Below are positions 1 through 9,464 of a stretch of 55,229 nt of DNA, one piece after another. Within the stretch, counting starts at the first letter, position 1; the number at the start of each line of letters is the position of its first letter. The stretch spans positions 1 through 55,229 of the forward strand of contig CAZUFC010000051.1 of assembly GCA_964619725.1 (NCBI GenBank), in the 5' to 3' direction. Both the position numbers and the translations under genes were made by a program. The notes under the pieces were generated by a model that saw nothing but the letters and a program-made list of their open reading frames with translations, was not told the DNA's origin and did no database searches. Origin of the DNA: an uncultured bacterium. Lineage in GTDB: Bacteria; CSSED10-310; CAZUFC01.

Positions 1-80
1 ACCGATCCATTGGTTGCCTCCTTTGAAAGGATATGGTCATTCCAATGATAGCCACCGCGGGCAGGGATTGTTAAGCACGC

Positions 81-1862
81 TTGCCGGAAAGACACAGTTC
101 TTTGAAGTCTTACCCGCAGGCTTTTAAGCTTTTAGAGGCAGCGACGATTTTTCCTGTTCCTTTTCCGCGTCGATTGTTGATGTTATTGGCCGAGCGTGAA
201 AACATCCATAAATTCGAAACAGAATTTCGGTACCTTCGATGTGAAGGTTACGTGATTGAGGATGGAGAAGTCATGACGGTTCAGGTTCCTAAAAAATTAC
301 GGCGCATACTTTATGAATGTCAGCCGACGGAACTTCTGCGACAAAGGCACAGTTTCGCTGCCGATTATTATCTTAAGTCCGGCATGATTATAGAATCGAC
401 TAGACATTTGATTCTGGCAGACAGAACAAGGGAAGCCGCCGAGATTATTCTGAAACATATATGGGATTTGCTGACGCTTGAAAAACAGACGGACGAACTG
501 TGTGATGTCCTCAGTATGTTTACGGCAGAGAAACTGACTTCATCCGAGTGGTTTAAAATTCAGCAATCTTTGGGAGCGGCGGTTTATCTTAAAGGAGACT
601 ATGCCGCCTCGCAGGCTATTTGCCGACGAGCCTTGAAAGGCGACATAAAACCGGAGGAAAAGGCAGAGGGATTATTGTGGTTGGCTATGCTTTACAGGTC
701 GATCGATATAGAACTCGGACTGCAATTTCTCGATGAAGCGCTGGCATGTTTACCTGTCGATCATCCGGAGAGCCTTTACATCCTGTTGCATAAATCCACT
801 CTCGCAATGGAAAAGGGCGATGCCGTTTCAGCAGAAAAACTGCTTTTGAAAATTTTTAATCAAGCCGATCCTGAACAAAAAGATTTAATAGCTTACGCTC
901 ACTTGAATTTGTCGACTTCCTATCGAATGCAGAATAAACTTGATGAAGCGGCGGAATACGCCCGAAAAGCTCTCGTTCTATGGGAGCTTGAAGGCAGCTC
1001 GTACCAGATTGCCTCCTGCTATAACGAACTGGCAATTATACTTCTGGCGAAGAACGAGTTGGAACAGGCGCTTAAATTCGCCAATTTATGTCATAGTTTA
1101 AACCGAAAATTGAATTCCGAGCACGGGATCGCCATATCGCTTATAACACTTGGTAAAATCGCGGCAGCAAACCGAAAAAATAATGAAACGATTGAGTATT
1201 ATAAGGAGTCTTTATTATTATGCAAAAAGTTGGATTGGCCCAGGATGGAAATGACGGGGCATACAGAAATGGTAAAAGTTTTTATGAAACTGGATCAAAA
1301 AGATAATGTGCGATGCCATTGGATAGAAGCCTTCTCGATCGCAAGCATGATGAAATTGGATAAATACATTGAAATTCTGAATCAGTTGAAAGAAAAAATT
1401 CCAGAATTGCAATCGATCAGCATTGATTCCGCTCATTCAAGAAAAGAAACGGCAGCCTTAAATATCGTTCACCAGGAAGGATATGTTACTCGTAATATGT
1501 TGTCAGCACAATTGGATATCTCCGATACGTCAGCTTATCGATGTCTCTCGGAAATGACTAAAAAGGGAATTTTAGATCAGGAAAAAAAAGGTCGTTCGAC
1601 ATATTATGTAGTTGCCGGAGAAAGAAAGCAGAAGCAGAAAGCTTCCCTGAAAACCGGAATAAATAAAAAAACAATCCATGCCACTGAAACCGCCATTGAA
1701 ACAGCCTCAAAAGGAGAACGGCTAACCACTCAGATATTGATGAATAAAACAGGCATAACAAGATCGACCGCTCAAAGGATATTGAAACGACTCACAAATG
1801 AAAGAAAACTTGTTCGTAAAGGAAAAGGACGTTCCGTTTATTATTCCCTGCAAGGCGGCTGA
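81..1862 (+). CDS. TPR-repeat protein with two C-terminal winged HTH domains (MalT/STAND-like regulator, probably missing its N-terminus)
   Basis: TPR-like helices (AYAHLNLSTSYRMQNKLDEAAEYARKAL, ASCYNELAIILLAKNELEQAL) and two C-terminal wHTH segments (TSAYRCLSEMTKKGILDQEKKGRSTYY; STAQRILKRLTNERKLVRKGKGRSVYY). TTG start has no clear RBS. Confidence 0.65.
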   Translation: MPERHSSLKSYPQAFKLLEAATIFPVPFPRRLLMLLAERENIHKFETEFRYLRCEGYVIEDGEVMTVQVPKKLRRILYECQPTELLRQRHSFAADYYLKSGMIIESTRHLILADRTREAAEIILKHIWDLLTLEKQTDELCDVLSMFTAEKLTSSEWFKIQQSLGAAVYLKGDYAASQAICRRALKGDIKPEEKAEGLLWLAMLYRSIDIELGLQFLDEALACLPVDHPESLYILLHKSTLAMEKGDAVSAEKLLLKIFNQADPEQKDLIAYAHLNLSTSYRMQNKLDEAAEYARKALVLWELEGSSYQIASCYNELAIILLAKNELEQALKFANLCHSLNRKLNSEHGIAISLITLGKIAAANRKNNETIEYYKESLLLCKKLDWPRMEMTGHTEMVKVFMKLDQKDNVRCHWIEAFSIASMMKLDKYIEILNQLKEKIPELQSISIDSAHSRKETAALNIVHQEGYVTRNMLSAQLDISDTSAYRCLSEMTKKGILDQEKKGRSTYYVVAGERKQKQKASLKTGINKKTIHATETAIETASKGERLTTQILMNKTGITRSTAQRILKRLTNERKLVRKGKGRSVYYSLQGG

Positions 1863-2436
1863 TTTTCGTAACAAAACGGTCGGTATGGAACGTAAAAGTA
1901 TTTTGTCTCCGGCTCAACCGGCGTGTTGATTGCGGACTTCTTTGCGGGCGCTGCCGAGATTGAAGCCGCGGGTATTCCATGTGAGAAAAAGAAAACCGAA
2001 CTTTCAGCCGTTTGGAACGATCAGTCAGGGAAGCCCGGAATCTGGAAAGCGCCTCAACCGCCATTGGAATTAATCGGCCCGATACAAAAACCGGCGTCAG
2101 CGTCATGGCAGTCGTGGGGGCAAAATTTGGGGGTAGGAGGGCCATCTTGTTCGGATTTTCAATGTCCTTTCAACAAGATTAAGGATAGAGGACGCAATAA
2201 TTGAAAATTCTATTAAATTACATTAAAATTGACTTGATTTGGTTCTGACTTCGTAAGCCACGAATAGTACAGATCAATGCGGACAGGAAAAGACGAAATG
2301 TATGAAAGCTTCACATTTTTGAATGAAAACTGTGAATTCTTTTACCAAACCCGACAATCGATTAAAAAATTTCAATGAAAAATTTTAATCAGCTTAAATT
2401 TTGGTCAAATAAGTAACAGACGGAAAACGGAAGGTC

Positions 2437-3189
2437 ATGGAATTATATGAATTAGAAGGAAGGACCGCTCTGGTCACCGGCGGCGCCAGGCGCATCGGCA
2501 GGGCGACGACCGCCGCTCTGGCACAAAATGGCGTCAACGTCTTAGTGCATTATAACGCTTCAGAAACGGAAGCCCGTGAAAGCGCAGAAGAATTGAAGCG
2601 CCTGGGAGTGGAAGCCTGGACGGTACGGGGAGATTTGCATAATCAGAAGTCGATTGATGCTGTGTTTGATGAAGCCGTGACTCTTGCCGGCAAAATCGAT
2701 ATTCTGATCAATAACGCGTCGGTTTTCGGAAAAAGCGGACTCTTGGACTTCACCAGGGAGGAGTTGGACAGAGAAATAAGCATTAACGCCATGGCGCCCA
2801 TGCTGCTGATTCGAAGGTTCTCTGCCGAATCCGAACAGGGAAAAATAATAAATATGCTTGACAGTTCAATGGTCCGATACAATTCCATGCATGTCGCTTA
2901 TCATCTCAGTAAAAAAATGCTTTTTGACCTGACGAAACTGGCGGCTGTCGAACTGGCTCCCCGCATAGCAGTCAACGCTGTTGCCCCCGGATTGATCCTC
3001 CCCCCGGAAGGAGAAGATAATGCCTACATGGAACGCCTGGCGCGAAAGGTCCCGCTCAGGCGGACAGGCTCTTTGACCTGCGTGACGGAAGCGATCCTGT
3101 TCCTGCTGAAATGCGATTACATCACCGGGCAGGTCATATATGTCGACGGTGGCGCTCATTTGAAAGGATGTATGTATGGAGGAACATAA
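2437..3189 (+). CDS. Short-chain dehydrogenase of the pteridine reductase (FolM/PTR1-like) subfamily
   Basis: TGGARRIG nucleotide-binding motif, NNAS, catalytic YHLSK, VNAVAPGLI, YITGQVIYVDGG. First gene of an operon with folB and folK. Confidence 0.85.
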   Translation: MELYELEGRTALVTGGARRIGRATTAALAQNGVNVLVHYNASETEARESAEELKRLGVEAWTVRGDLHNQKSIDAVFDEAVTLAGKIDILINNASVFGKSGLLDFTREELDREISINAMAPMLLIRRFSAESEQGKIINMLDSSMVRYNSMHVAYHLSKKMLFDLTKLAAVELAPRIAVNAVAPGLILPPEGEDNAYMERLARKVPLRRTGSLTCVTEAILFLLKCDYITGQVIYVDGGAHLKGCMYGGT

Positions 3190-3562
3190 AGCTGACAAAA
3201 TAATCATCAGGAACCTTCACTGCCGCTGCATCATCGGCATGAACGATTGGGAGCGCCGTGAAAAACAGGATGTTGTTCTTAATATCATTTTGTGGATAGA
3301 CCTTTCAAAAGCATGCCGAACCGACAGCATCGAGGATACGATGGATTATAAAGAACTGAAAAAGCAAATTTTGCGTAAAGTCGAAAGTTCTTCATTTTCG
3401 CTTATTGAGCGTTTAGCGGCTTTAATCGTCGATATATGTCTCGAAAGACCTCAAGTGCAAAAAGTTAAAGTAACGCTTGATAAACCGGGCGCTTTGCGGT
3501 TTGCGGACAGCGTAGCCGTCGAAATGATCAGGATGAGCTCTGATGACGACCCGCAATTGTGA
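3176..3562 (+). CDS. folB: Dihydroneopterin aldolase
   Basis: IIGMNDWERREKQ, TMDY, LIERLA, KPGAL...VAVE. Overlaps both neighbours. Confidence 0.93.
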   Translation: MEEHKADKIIIRNLHCRCIIGMNDWERREKQDVVLNIILWIDLSKACRTDSIEDTMDYKELKKQILRKVESSSFSLIERLAALIVDICLERPQVQKVKVTLDKPGALRFADSVAVEMIRMSSDDDPQL

Positions 3563-4079
3563 AATATACGTCTCAATAGGCTCCAATATTGATCCGAAAA
3601 ATAACGTGATAAAATCCTTGATAATGCTTAAAAAATATGCGCTCATCAAAGCCGTCTCAACTTTTTACTGGAATCCGTCGTTCAACAGGCCGGAGCAACC
3701 TCAATTTCTTAACGGAGTAATAGAAATAGAGTGTGAAGCGCCGGCTTACGACCTTAAATTTTCCGTATTACGCCGTATAGAGACTGAACTGGGAAGGAAG
3801 AGAGGGTCCGACAGGCATGCATCAAGGCCTATGGACATGGATGTAGTAATTTATGGAGACGAGATCGTTAAAACGGCGAATTTAGTCATTCCTCATCCTG
3901 ACGTCAGGTCGTATCGATTTGTGGCTTATCCTTTGCTCGAATTAGCTCCGGAGTTGATCCTTCCGGATACGAAAGAACCTTTGAAGGCGTTAAAGAGCGC
4001 TGTCTGGGACGCCGCTATGGTTCCGGATGAGGGGTTCACCCGTACGCTGCATGAATTGACCGGCGCATCGATGGGGTAA
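3543..4079 (+). CDS. folK: 2-amino-4-hydroxy-6-hydroxymethyldihydropteridine diphosphokinase (HPPK)
   Basis: YVSIGSNI, QPQFLNGV, IETELGRKR, RPMDMD, IPHP, FVAYPLLE. Confidence 0.93.
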   Translation: MTTRNCEIYVSIGSNIDPKNNVIKSLIMLKKYALIKAVSTFYWNPSFNRPEQPQFLNGVIEIECEAPAYDLKFSVLRRIETELGRKRGSDRHASRPMDMDVVIYGDEIVKTANLVIPHPDVRSYRFVAYPLLELAPELILPDTKEPLKALKSAVWDAAMVPDEGFTRTLHELTGASMG

Positions 4080-4202
4080 TATTGAGCGCTTGACTTATAA
4101 CCGTCCGGGTGGTAAAAAGATAAGCTCGTTTCCCGGCGCTTGACGAAGAGGGACGGGAATATTCAAGTCGCATGAATAGAGAACAGAGGAGAACGTGGAT
4201 TC

Positions 4203-7200
4203 ATGAAACCGGTAGAAACCAATCCTAATTTTATCGAAATTGAGCATAAAGTAATTGATTTTTGGGACAAGGAAGAATGTTTCAAAAAGTTAGTGGAGAA
4301 GAACAGGAAAGGTCCGAGGTTCAGGTTTTTAGACGGACCGATAACGGCCAATAATCCCATGGGCGTGCATCACACGTGGGGAAGGACGTTAAAAGACATT
4401 TTTCTTCGCTACAAGGCATTGCGCGGACATCACTGTCATTATCAGAACGGATTCGACTGCCAGGGACTCTGGGTTGAAGTGGAAGTGGAGAAGGAGCTGG
4501 GTTTCAAGACCAAGGCCGACATTATGGATTACGGGTTGGACAAATTCAGCGAAGCGTGCAAAAAGCGAGTTGAGAAGTATTCAGGAATACAGACGGAACA
4601 GTCGATCAGACTAGGGCAGTGGATGGATTGGGACGATTCATATTACACGCATCGCGATTCCAATATTCTGGCGATATGGCATTTTCTCAAGAAGTGCCAT
4701 GAAAACGGCTGGTTATATCGAACCGGACTGCCGATGCCCTGGTGCGCGCGCTGCGGCACGAGTCTTTCCGAGCATGAAATGTCGGGATCGTATCAGCAGA
4801 TGAGTCATCGTTCTGTATATATAGAACTGCAATTAAAGGGAAAAGATGCGAAGATACTGGTGTGGACCACGACGCCCTGGACGCTGGCGGCCAATACGGC
4901 TTTGGCGGTTCATCCTGATCTCGCCTATGTCGAAGTCGATGTTGAAGGCGAGGATGCTCCCCTGATTCTGTGCGAGGAAGCGACGCATGCGCTCAAGGGA
5001 AAGCAGTGCAAAGTGTTGAGGACTTTCAGCGGTAAAGAGCTTATAGGCATTAAATACGAACCGGTCATTTCGAATCTTCCCGTTCAGCAGAAGGTCAAGC
5101 ACAGGATTGTAGCCTGGGAGGAGGTCGACGCAAGCGAAGGAACAGGCGTGGTACATATCGCTCCGGGTTGCGGTTTGGAAGATCACGAATTGGGAAAAGA
5201 AAAGGGATTGGATGTTTTATCGCCCATTGACGATTCCGGTATATATGTTGACGGTTACGGATGGCTTGAGGGAAAATCGGTTATGAAGGTGGCCGATGAA
5301 ATTATCGACTATCTGAAACAAAACGGAAAACTGTACCACGATTACATGCACGAACACAGTTATCCCGTATGCTGGCGATGCAAGGAAGAGTTGATTTTCA
5401 GACTGGTGGACGAATGGTTCATCAATTGCAATGAAATTCGTCCCAGGATGATCAAAGCCTCGGCTGACGTACAATGGCAGCCGGACTACGTCGGCAAAAG
5501 GATGGAAGACTGGTTGAACAACATGGGAGACTGGTGCATTTCCAGGAAAAGGTTCTGGGGGCTGCCCCTGCCGTTCTATGTATGCCCTTCATGCGAAAAA
5601 CTGACCGTCGTAGGTTCATTGGAGGAACTGGAAGAACTCAGTTGGGATAAAATCGAAAACCTGCCGGAACTCCATAAACCCTGGATTGATGAGATAGACA
5701 TTAAATGTCCTCATTGCGGCGAAAAAACTCCCAGGATTCCCGAAATAGGCGATTGCTGGCTTGATGCAGGCATCGTCCCCTACAGTACTCGCGGCTATTT
5801 TGAAAACCGGGAGGAATGGAAGAAATGGTACCCCATCGAATGGATATGCGAGATGAGAGAACAGGTGAGGTTATGGTTTTATTCCATGCTCTTTATGGGG
5901 GTAACCCTGGATGACCGTTCGCCCTATGAGAGGGTCCTGACTTACGAACGAGTCGTATCGGAAGAAGGCGAGATGTTTTCTAAAACCGGGTTTATGATCC
6001 GTTTTGAGGATGCTGCGGAAAAAATGGGCGTGGATACGATGCGGTATCGTTTTGCGAGTCAGAGCGTGACAAGCGACATTCGGTTCGGATACAAGGTGGG
6101 TAATGAAGCCAGACGGCAATTATTGGCTTTCTGGAACATATATGCGTTTTTCGTAACATATGCGCGGATAGATAATCCGGAAGTAAGCAAAGTGGAAGGC
6201 TTCCCGAAAGGATTGACGGACAACGACAAATGGCTGCTGGCCAAAACGACCCGTTTCGTTGAAAAAGCGCAGGATGCCATGGAGGAATACAATACGCCTG
6301 CCTTAGTCAAAGAATTCGAATCATTCACTGAAGACGTCTCCAACTGGTATATCAGAACCAACAGAAGACGATTCTGGCGCATCGGACCCTCCGACGACAA
6401 ACTGGCCGGATACTGGTCGCTTTTCCAGGCACTTAAATCCGCACTTATCGTCATGTCGCCTATCGTTCCCTTCATGACCGAAGAAATATGGCAGAACGCA
6501 GTCAGAAATTTAGACTCAAACGCCCCTCTATCAGTGCATCATGCTGACTGGCCCGCGATTGACAAAGAATGGCGGGACGAGAAACTCCTGGCCCGGGTCG
6601 AAATAGTCAGAAATGTGGTCTACCTGGCACTGCAATTGAGGAATAAAGCCCAGATAAAAGTACGACAACCGCTGGCCGTGCTTTATTATTCCGGTCCCGC
6701 ATCAGTCAAAGAAGCCGTCGAATCGATGAAAGATACCATACAGGGCGAATTGAACATTAAAAATATCGACTTCCTGGAAGATGAAAATAAACTGATGACG
6801 GAATACCTTACATTGAATTTGGCGAAAGCTGGTCCCGCACTTCAGAAAGATTTGCCCCAGGTCAGGTCCATAATCGAAAACCTGGACGATGAACAGATGA
6901 AAAACCTGATCGAACAATACCATAATCAGGAAAAGATCAGCCTGCCGGATTGGCGTAACGACCTCAGCAAAGACATTTTTGAACTCAATTCCGCCATGAT
7001 CCCGAATACGATCTCCACCAAAGAAGACAACCTGTTCGTAGCATTGAATACTGAACTTACAGAAGAACTGATGCATGAAGGGTGGATAAGAGACCTGCTT
7101 CGTTACTGCCAGGTTTTAAGAAAAGAAGCCGGTCTGGCCGTGGAAGAACGAATTCACCTGGCAGTCGACGCGCAGGACGGAAATATTCAATCCGTCATCC

Positions 7201-7331
7201 GCAAATACGAAGATTACATCCAGGAAGAAACACTCGCGGATTCGCTGTCGGAAAATATTGATGATCCTTTGAAAACAGAGGAAATTGAAATAAACGATGT
7301 GAAAGTGCGCCTCGCGTTGAAAAGAGCGTAA
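4203..7331 (+). CDS. ileS: Isoleucyl-tRNA synthetase, type 2 (IleRS2), with GVHH signature
   Basis: 1042 aa. DGPITAN-GVHH, GFDCQGLWVE, WTTTPWTL, GTGVVHIAPG, DWCISRKRFWG, SNWYIR, C-terminal RKEAGL typical of IleRS2. Confidence 0.96.
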   Translation: MKPVETNPNFIEIEHKVIDFWDKEECFKKLVEKNRKGPRFRFLDGPITANNPMGVHHTWGRTLKDIFLRYKALRGHHCHYQNGFDCQGLWVEVEVEKELGFKTKADIMDYGLDKFSEACKKRVEKYSGIQTEQSIRLGQWMDWDDSYYTHRDSNILAIWHFLKKCHENGWLYRTGLPMPWCARCGTSLSEHEMSGSYQQMSHRSVYIELQLKGKDAKILVWTTTPWTLAANTALAVHPDLAYVEVDVEGEDAPLILCEEATHALKGKQCKVLRTFSGKELIGIKYEPVISNLPVQQKVKHRIVAWEEVDASEGTGVVHIAPGCGLEDHELGKEKGLDVLSPIDDSGIYVDGYGWLEGKSVMKVADEIIDYLKQNGKLYHDYMHEHSYPVCWRCKEELIFRLVDEWFINCNEIRPRMIKASADVQWQPDYVGKRMEDWLNNMGDWCISRKRFWGLPLPFYVCPSCEKLTVVGSLEELEELSWDKIENLPELHKPWIDEIDIKCPHCGEKTPRIPEIGDCWLDAGIVPYSTRGYFENREEWKKWYPIEWICEMREQVRLWFYSMLFMGVTLDDRSPYERVLTYERVVSEEGEMFSKTGFMIRFEDAAEKMGVDTMRYRFASQSVTSDIRFGYKVGNEARRQLLAFWNIYAFFVTYARIDNPEVSKVEGFPKGLTDNDKWLLAKTTRFVEKAQDAMEEYNTPALVKEFESFTEDVSNWYIRTNRRRFWRIGPSDDKLAGYWSLFQALKSALIVMSPIVPFMTEEIWQNAVRNLDSNAPLSVHHADWPAIDKEWRDEKLLARVEIVRNVVYLALQLRNKAQIKVRQPLAVLYYSGPASVKEAVESMKDTIQGELNIKNIDFLEDENKLMTEYLTLNLAKAGPALQKDLPQVRSIIENLDDEQMKNLIEQYHNQEKISLPDWRNDLSKDIFELNSAMIPNTISTKEDNLFVALNTELTEELMHEGWIRDLLRYCQVLRKEAGLAVEERIHLAVDAQDGNIQSVIRKYEDYIQEETLADSLSENIDDPLKTEEIEINDVKVRLALKRA

Positions 7332-7364
7332 AGTTCAAACGACTGCTTGTAAGTTCGGAAATCG

Positions 7365-7393
7365 TCAAATATACGTGTTTCGAGGTTACAATT
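7365..7393 (+). repeat. Dispersed 29-bp repeat, copy A (MITE-like remnant)
   Basis: tcaaatatacgtgtttcgaggttacaatt is 26/29 identical to 44898-44926. Confidence 0.6.
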
Positions 7394-7552
7394 TTTACGG
7401 CCTTGAATAATTAAGAAGCTTTGTAAATATGATCGGGACAAGACATATTTCCTTTTAATTATTTTGTTTCGATTCCGATACAAAATAATGGGATATTCGG
7501 AAAAATTGTAACCTTGATAGACACATTTTTAATCAATGCCTTAAAATTAAAT

Positions 7553-7939
7553 TCACGCAGGAGAAATATCAGTTTTACTGAAATCATCATTGGTGAACAA
7601 AAGCGGACTTCCCGACAACCTGGAAACCGCGTAAGTCATACAATCGCCGAAATTAAGCGCTGCCGGATTTTTCCCCTTGCCGTATCGATTATAGGCATTT
7701 ATAGCTTCGCGCCAATGACCCTCTCCGAACGGAATTTCTGTAATTCCGAATTCCTGCAGAAACCGGGACAACTGAGGATTCGCATTGAAGCCAAGTCGGG
7801 CTGATATCACGATCCCCGTTTCAACCAACGTCGGACAGCTTATTCCTGAAAAGGCTGACTCGCACAGCTTTATTAATATTTCTTCATAACCGGGTTCTTT
7901 AAAAAAAACGGCAATTATCGCAGAACTGTCGATGATCAT
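7553..7939 (-). CDS. vapC: VapC PIN-domain toxin
   Basis: MIIDSSAIIA...LVE...LNFGDCMTYA...LLFTNDDF. 4-nt overlap with upstream antitoxin. Confidence 0.93.
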   Translation of the reverse strand: MIIDSSAIIAVFFKEPGYEEILIKLCESAFSGISCPTLVETGIVISARLGFNANPQLSRFLQEFGITEIPFGEGHWREAINAYNRYGKGKNPAALNFGDCMTYAVSRLSGSPLLFTNDDFSKTDISPA

Positions 7940-8208
7940 ACTCCCTCCGGTCCGAATCCAAGAATCCGCTCTTTCTCTTCCTTACTCAACTTTCGTCCCA
8001 ACTCAGTCTCCGGTATGACAGACCAGATTTCATCCTGCAGAAATTCCATTTTTCTCTGAACCTCACTCTCCGGCTTAATGAATAAGGAGAGTCTTTGCTT
8101 CCTTTCTTCCAAGGCTTTAAGCACGGCCTCTGTTTTATTCTCACCAGTGATGGAAACAACCTGATTTATCAAGTCTTCAACCTTTTTGTTTTTAATGTTC
8201 AAGGCCAT
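7936..8208 (-). CDS. vapB: VapB antitoxin (Rv0623/VapB30-like)
   Basis: MALNIKN...TGENKTEAVLKALEER. GGAGG RBS, directly upstream of vapC. Confidence 0.9.
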   Translation of the reverse strand: MALNIKNKKVEDLINQVVSITGENKTEAVLKALEERKQRLSLFIKPESEVQRKMEFLQDEIWSVIPETELGRKLSKEEKERILGFGPEGV

Positions 8209-8225
8209 TTCAACCTCCCTGAGTC

Positions 8226-8259
8226 ATTTTATAAGTCATGGTTGAAATTGTCAACTATG
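8226..8259 (-). promoter_or_regulatory. Sigma70 promoter of vapBC with overlapping operator-like palindrome
   Basis: Minus strand TTGACA (8254-8249), 17 nt, TAAAAT (8231-8226). Imperfect inverted repeat catggttga-aattg-tcaactatg at 8237-8259. Confidence 0.7.
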
Positions 8260-8998
8260 GTTGAAGACTATGACTCTTTCGACGTATATCCAGAAGGCGT
8301 AATGCCGTCCCCGGAATTCGAATAAATATAGTTGTTGGCCAGGTAACTTGTTCCGCATAAATACCATCTCCAGCATTGTGTGCGTCATTATGATGGATGA
8401 TGCAATTGGTTATTCGTACTAAACCGGGAGCCAAACCGATCCAAATCCCGCCTCCTGTTGCTTCACTGATTGCATACACTGAATTATCACTTATTTCACA
8501 ATTGTGAATGACCGGCGCGCAGAAAACGGAAAATATCCCGCCGCCATAGGCGGTACTTGATTCATATAGTCCTTGTGCTCGATTCTCCGTGATTTTACAA
8601 TCCGTGATGGTTATCGATGCTTGATCCAGATGGATTCCTCCGCCATACGCCCAAAAAACAGGCGCTGACGCATTGAAAAAGCCGGCTCTTATCGTAAACC
8701 CGGAGATGAGTGTGTCTCTTTCAACCTTCCGATCAATCGTTATTACTCTACCGTCATTGTCTCCGCTGATCACGGTTGAGTCCCGGCCGGCATCGGATTT
8801 GAGCTTAATGCCCTGTTTGTCGGGCCATATGATGTTTTCCTTATATGTGCCCGGTTCAACAAGTATCGTGTCATAATCCGAAACTGACTGCAATGCTGTC
8901 TGAATATCAGGAAAATCACAGGGGACATTCCATGTCGCCGCCCAGACTGGAGCACAAAGAAATAAAAAAAACTGTAACAGCAGTCTTCACAGACTCAT
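8255..8998 (-). pseudogene. Disrupted secreted right-handed beta-helix (pectin lyase-like) protein
   Basis: GGAGG RBS and ATG at 8998, then an in-frame TGA at codon 4 (8989-8987). It continues with a signal peptide and VPCDFPDIQTAL...DTILVEPGTYKENI, with GGGI/N-rich repeats. The repeats continue in another frame after about 8350 (LANNYIYSNSGDGI) and end at the vapBC promoter. Confidence 0.75.
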
Positions 8999-9189
8999 TT
9001 GGATAACCTCCTGGGAATATTTTTTTCTATTGAAAACAATTGTTGTCGTGTCTCTGCCGTTCAGATTTTAATATTCTCCGTTTAGGTTTGTCAAATTGGG
9101 AAGAGCATGGCGTACACAAAATATGTGCTGTCGAAAACCGGAGTTATTAAGCCAAATAATGCCGATCCACACATCCGTGTTTAACTTGT

Positions 9190-9245
9190 TAGTGTCTGTC
9201 CAAAAACTCGATTGTCGATTCAAAATTTAATGCTGGACAGTCACT
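9190..9245. repeat. 56-bp MITE-like element, copy 1
   Basis: Ends agtgtctgtcc...ggacagtcact form an inverted repeat (10/11). 46/56 identical to 10145-10200. Confidence 0.7.
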
Positions 9246-9249
9246 GCGA

Positions 9250-9392
9250 TTTTTGATCCATAAACGGGCGAATTTTTCTTAAGACAAGGATGGTAAGGAT
9301 TTGCGAAGCAGGGGTATTGCTTATACTTTGACTGAGCAAATCCGAAGACTGACTCAGTATTGGGGAAAATTCGCCGTTTATGGACAAAAACT
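9250..9392. mobile_element. About 140-bp palindromic MITE-like element
   Basis: Long inverted repeat tccataaacgggcgaatttttc / gaaaattcgccgtttatgga with an internal stem ggatttgc/gcaaatcc. No credible coding capacity. Confidence 0.6.
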
Positions 9393-9464
9393 CGTTATTC
9401 CGGGGCGCACAGGCGCATTCTTTTTCGGATATCGAAAGACCATGAAATTTTAAAGAAAAGCGAC

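Noticed and set aside
1792-2204. ORFs 1923-2204 (+) and 1792-2145 (-)
   Set aside because: No motif or clear RBS, and they overlap each other.
8987-8989. In-frame TGA as selenocysteine or recoded Trp
   Set aside because: It lies in the signal peptide region, the gene has a second lesion, and TGA is used as a normal stop elsewhere in the window.
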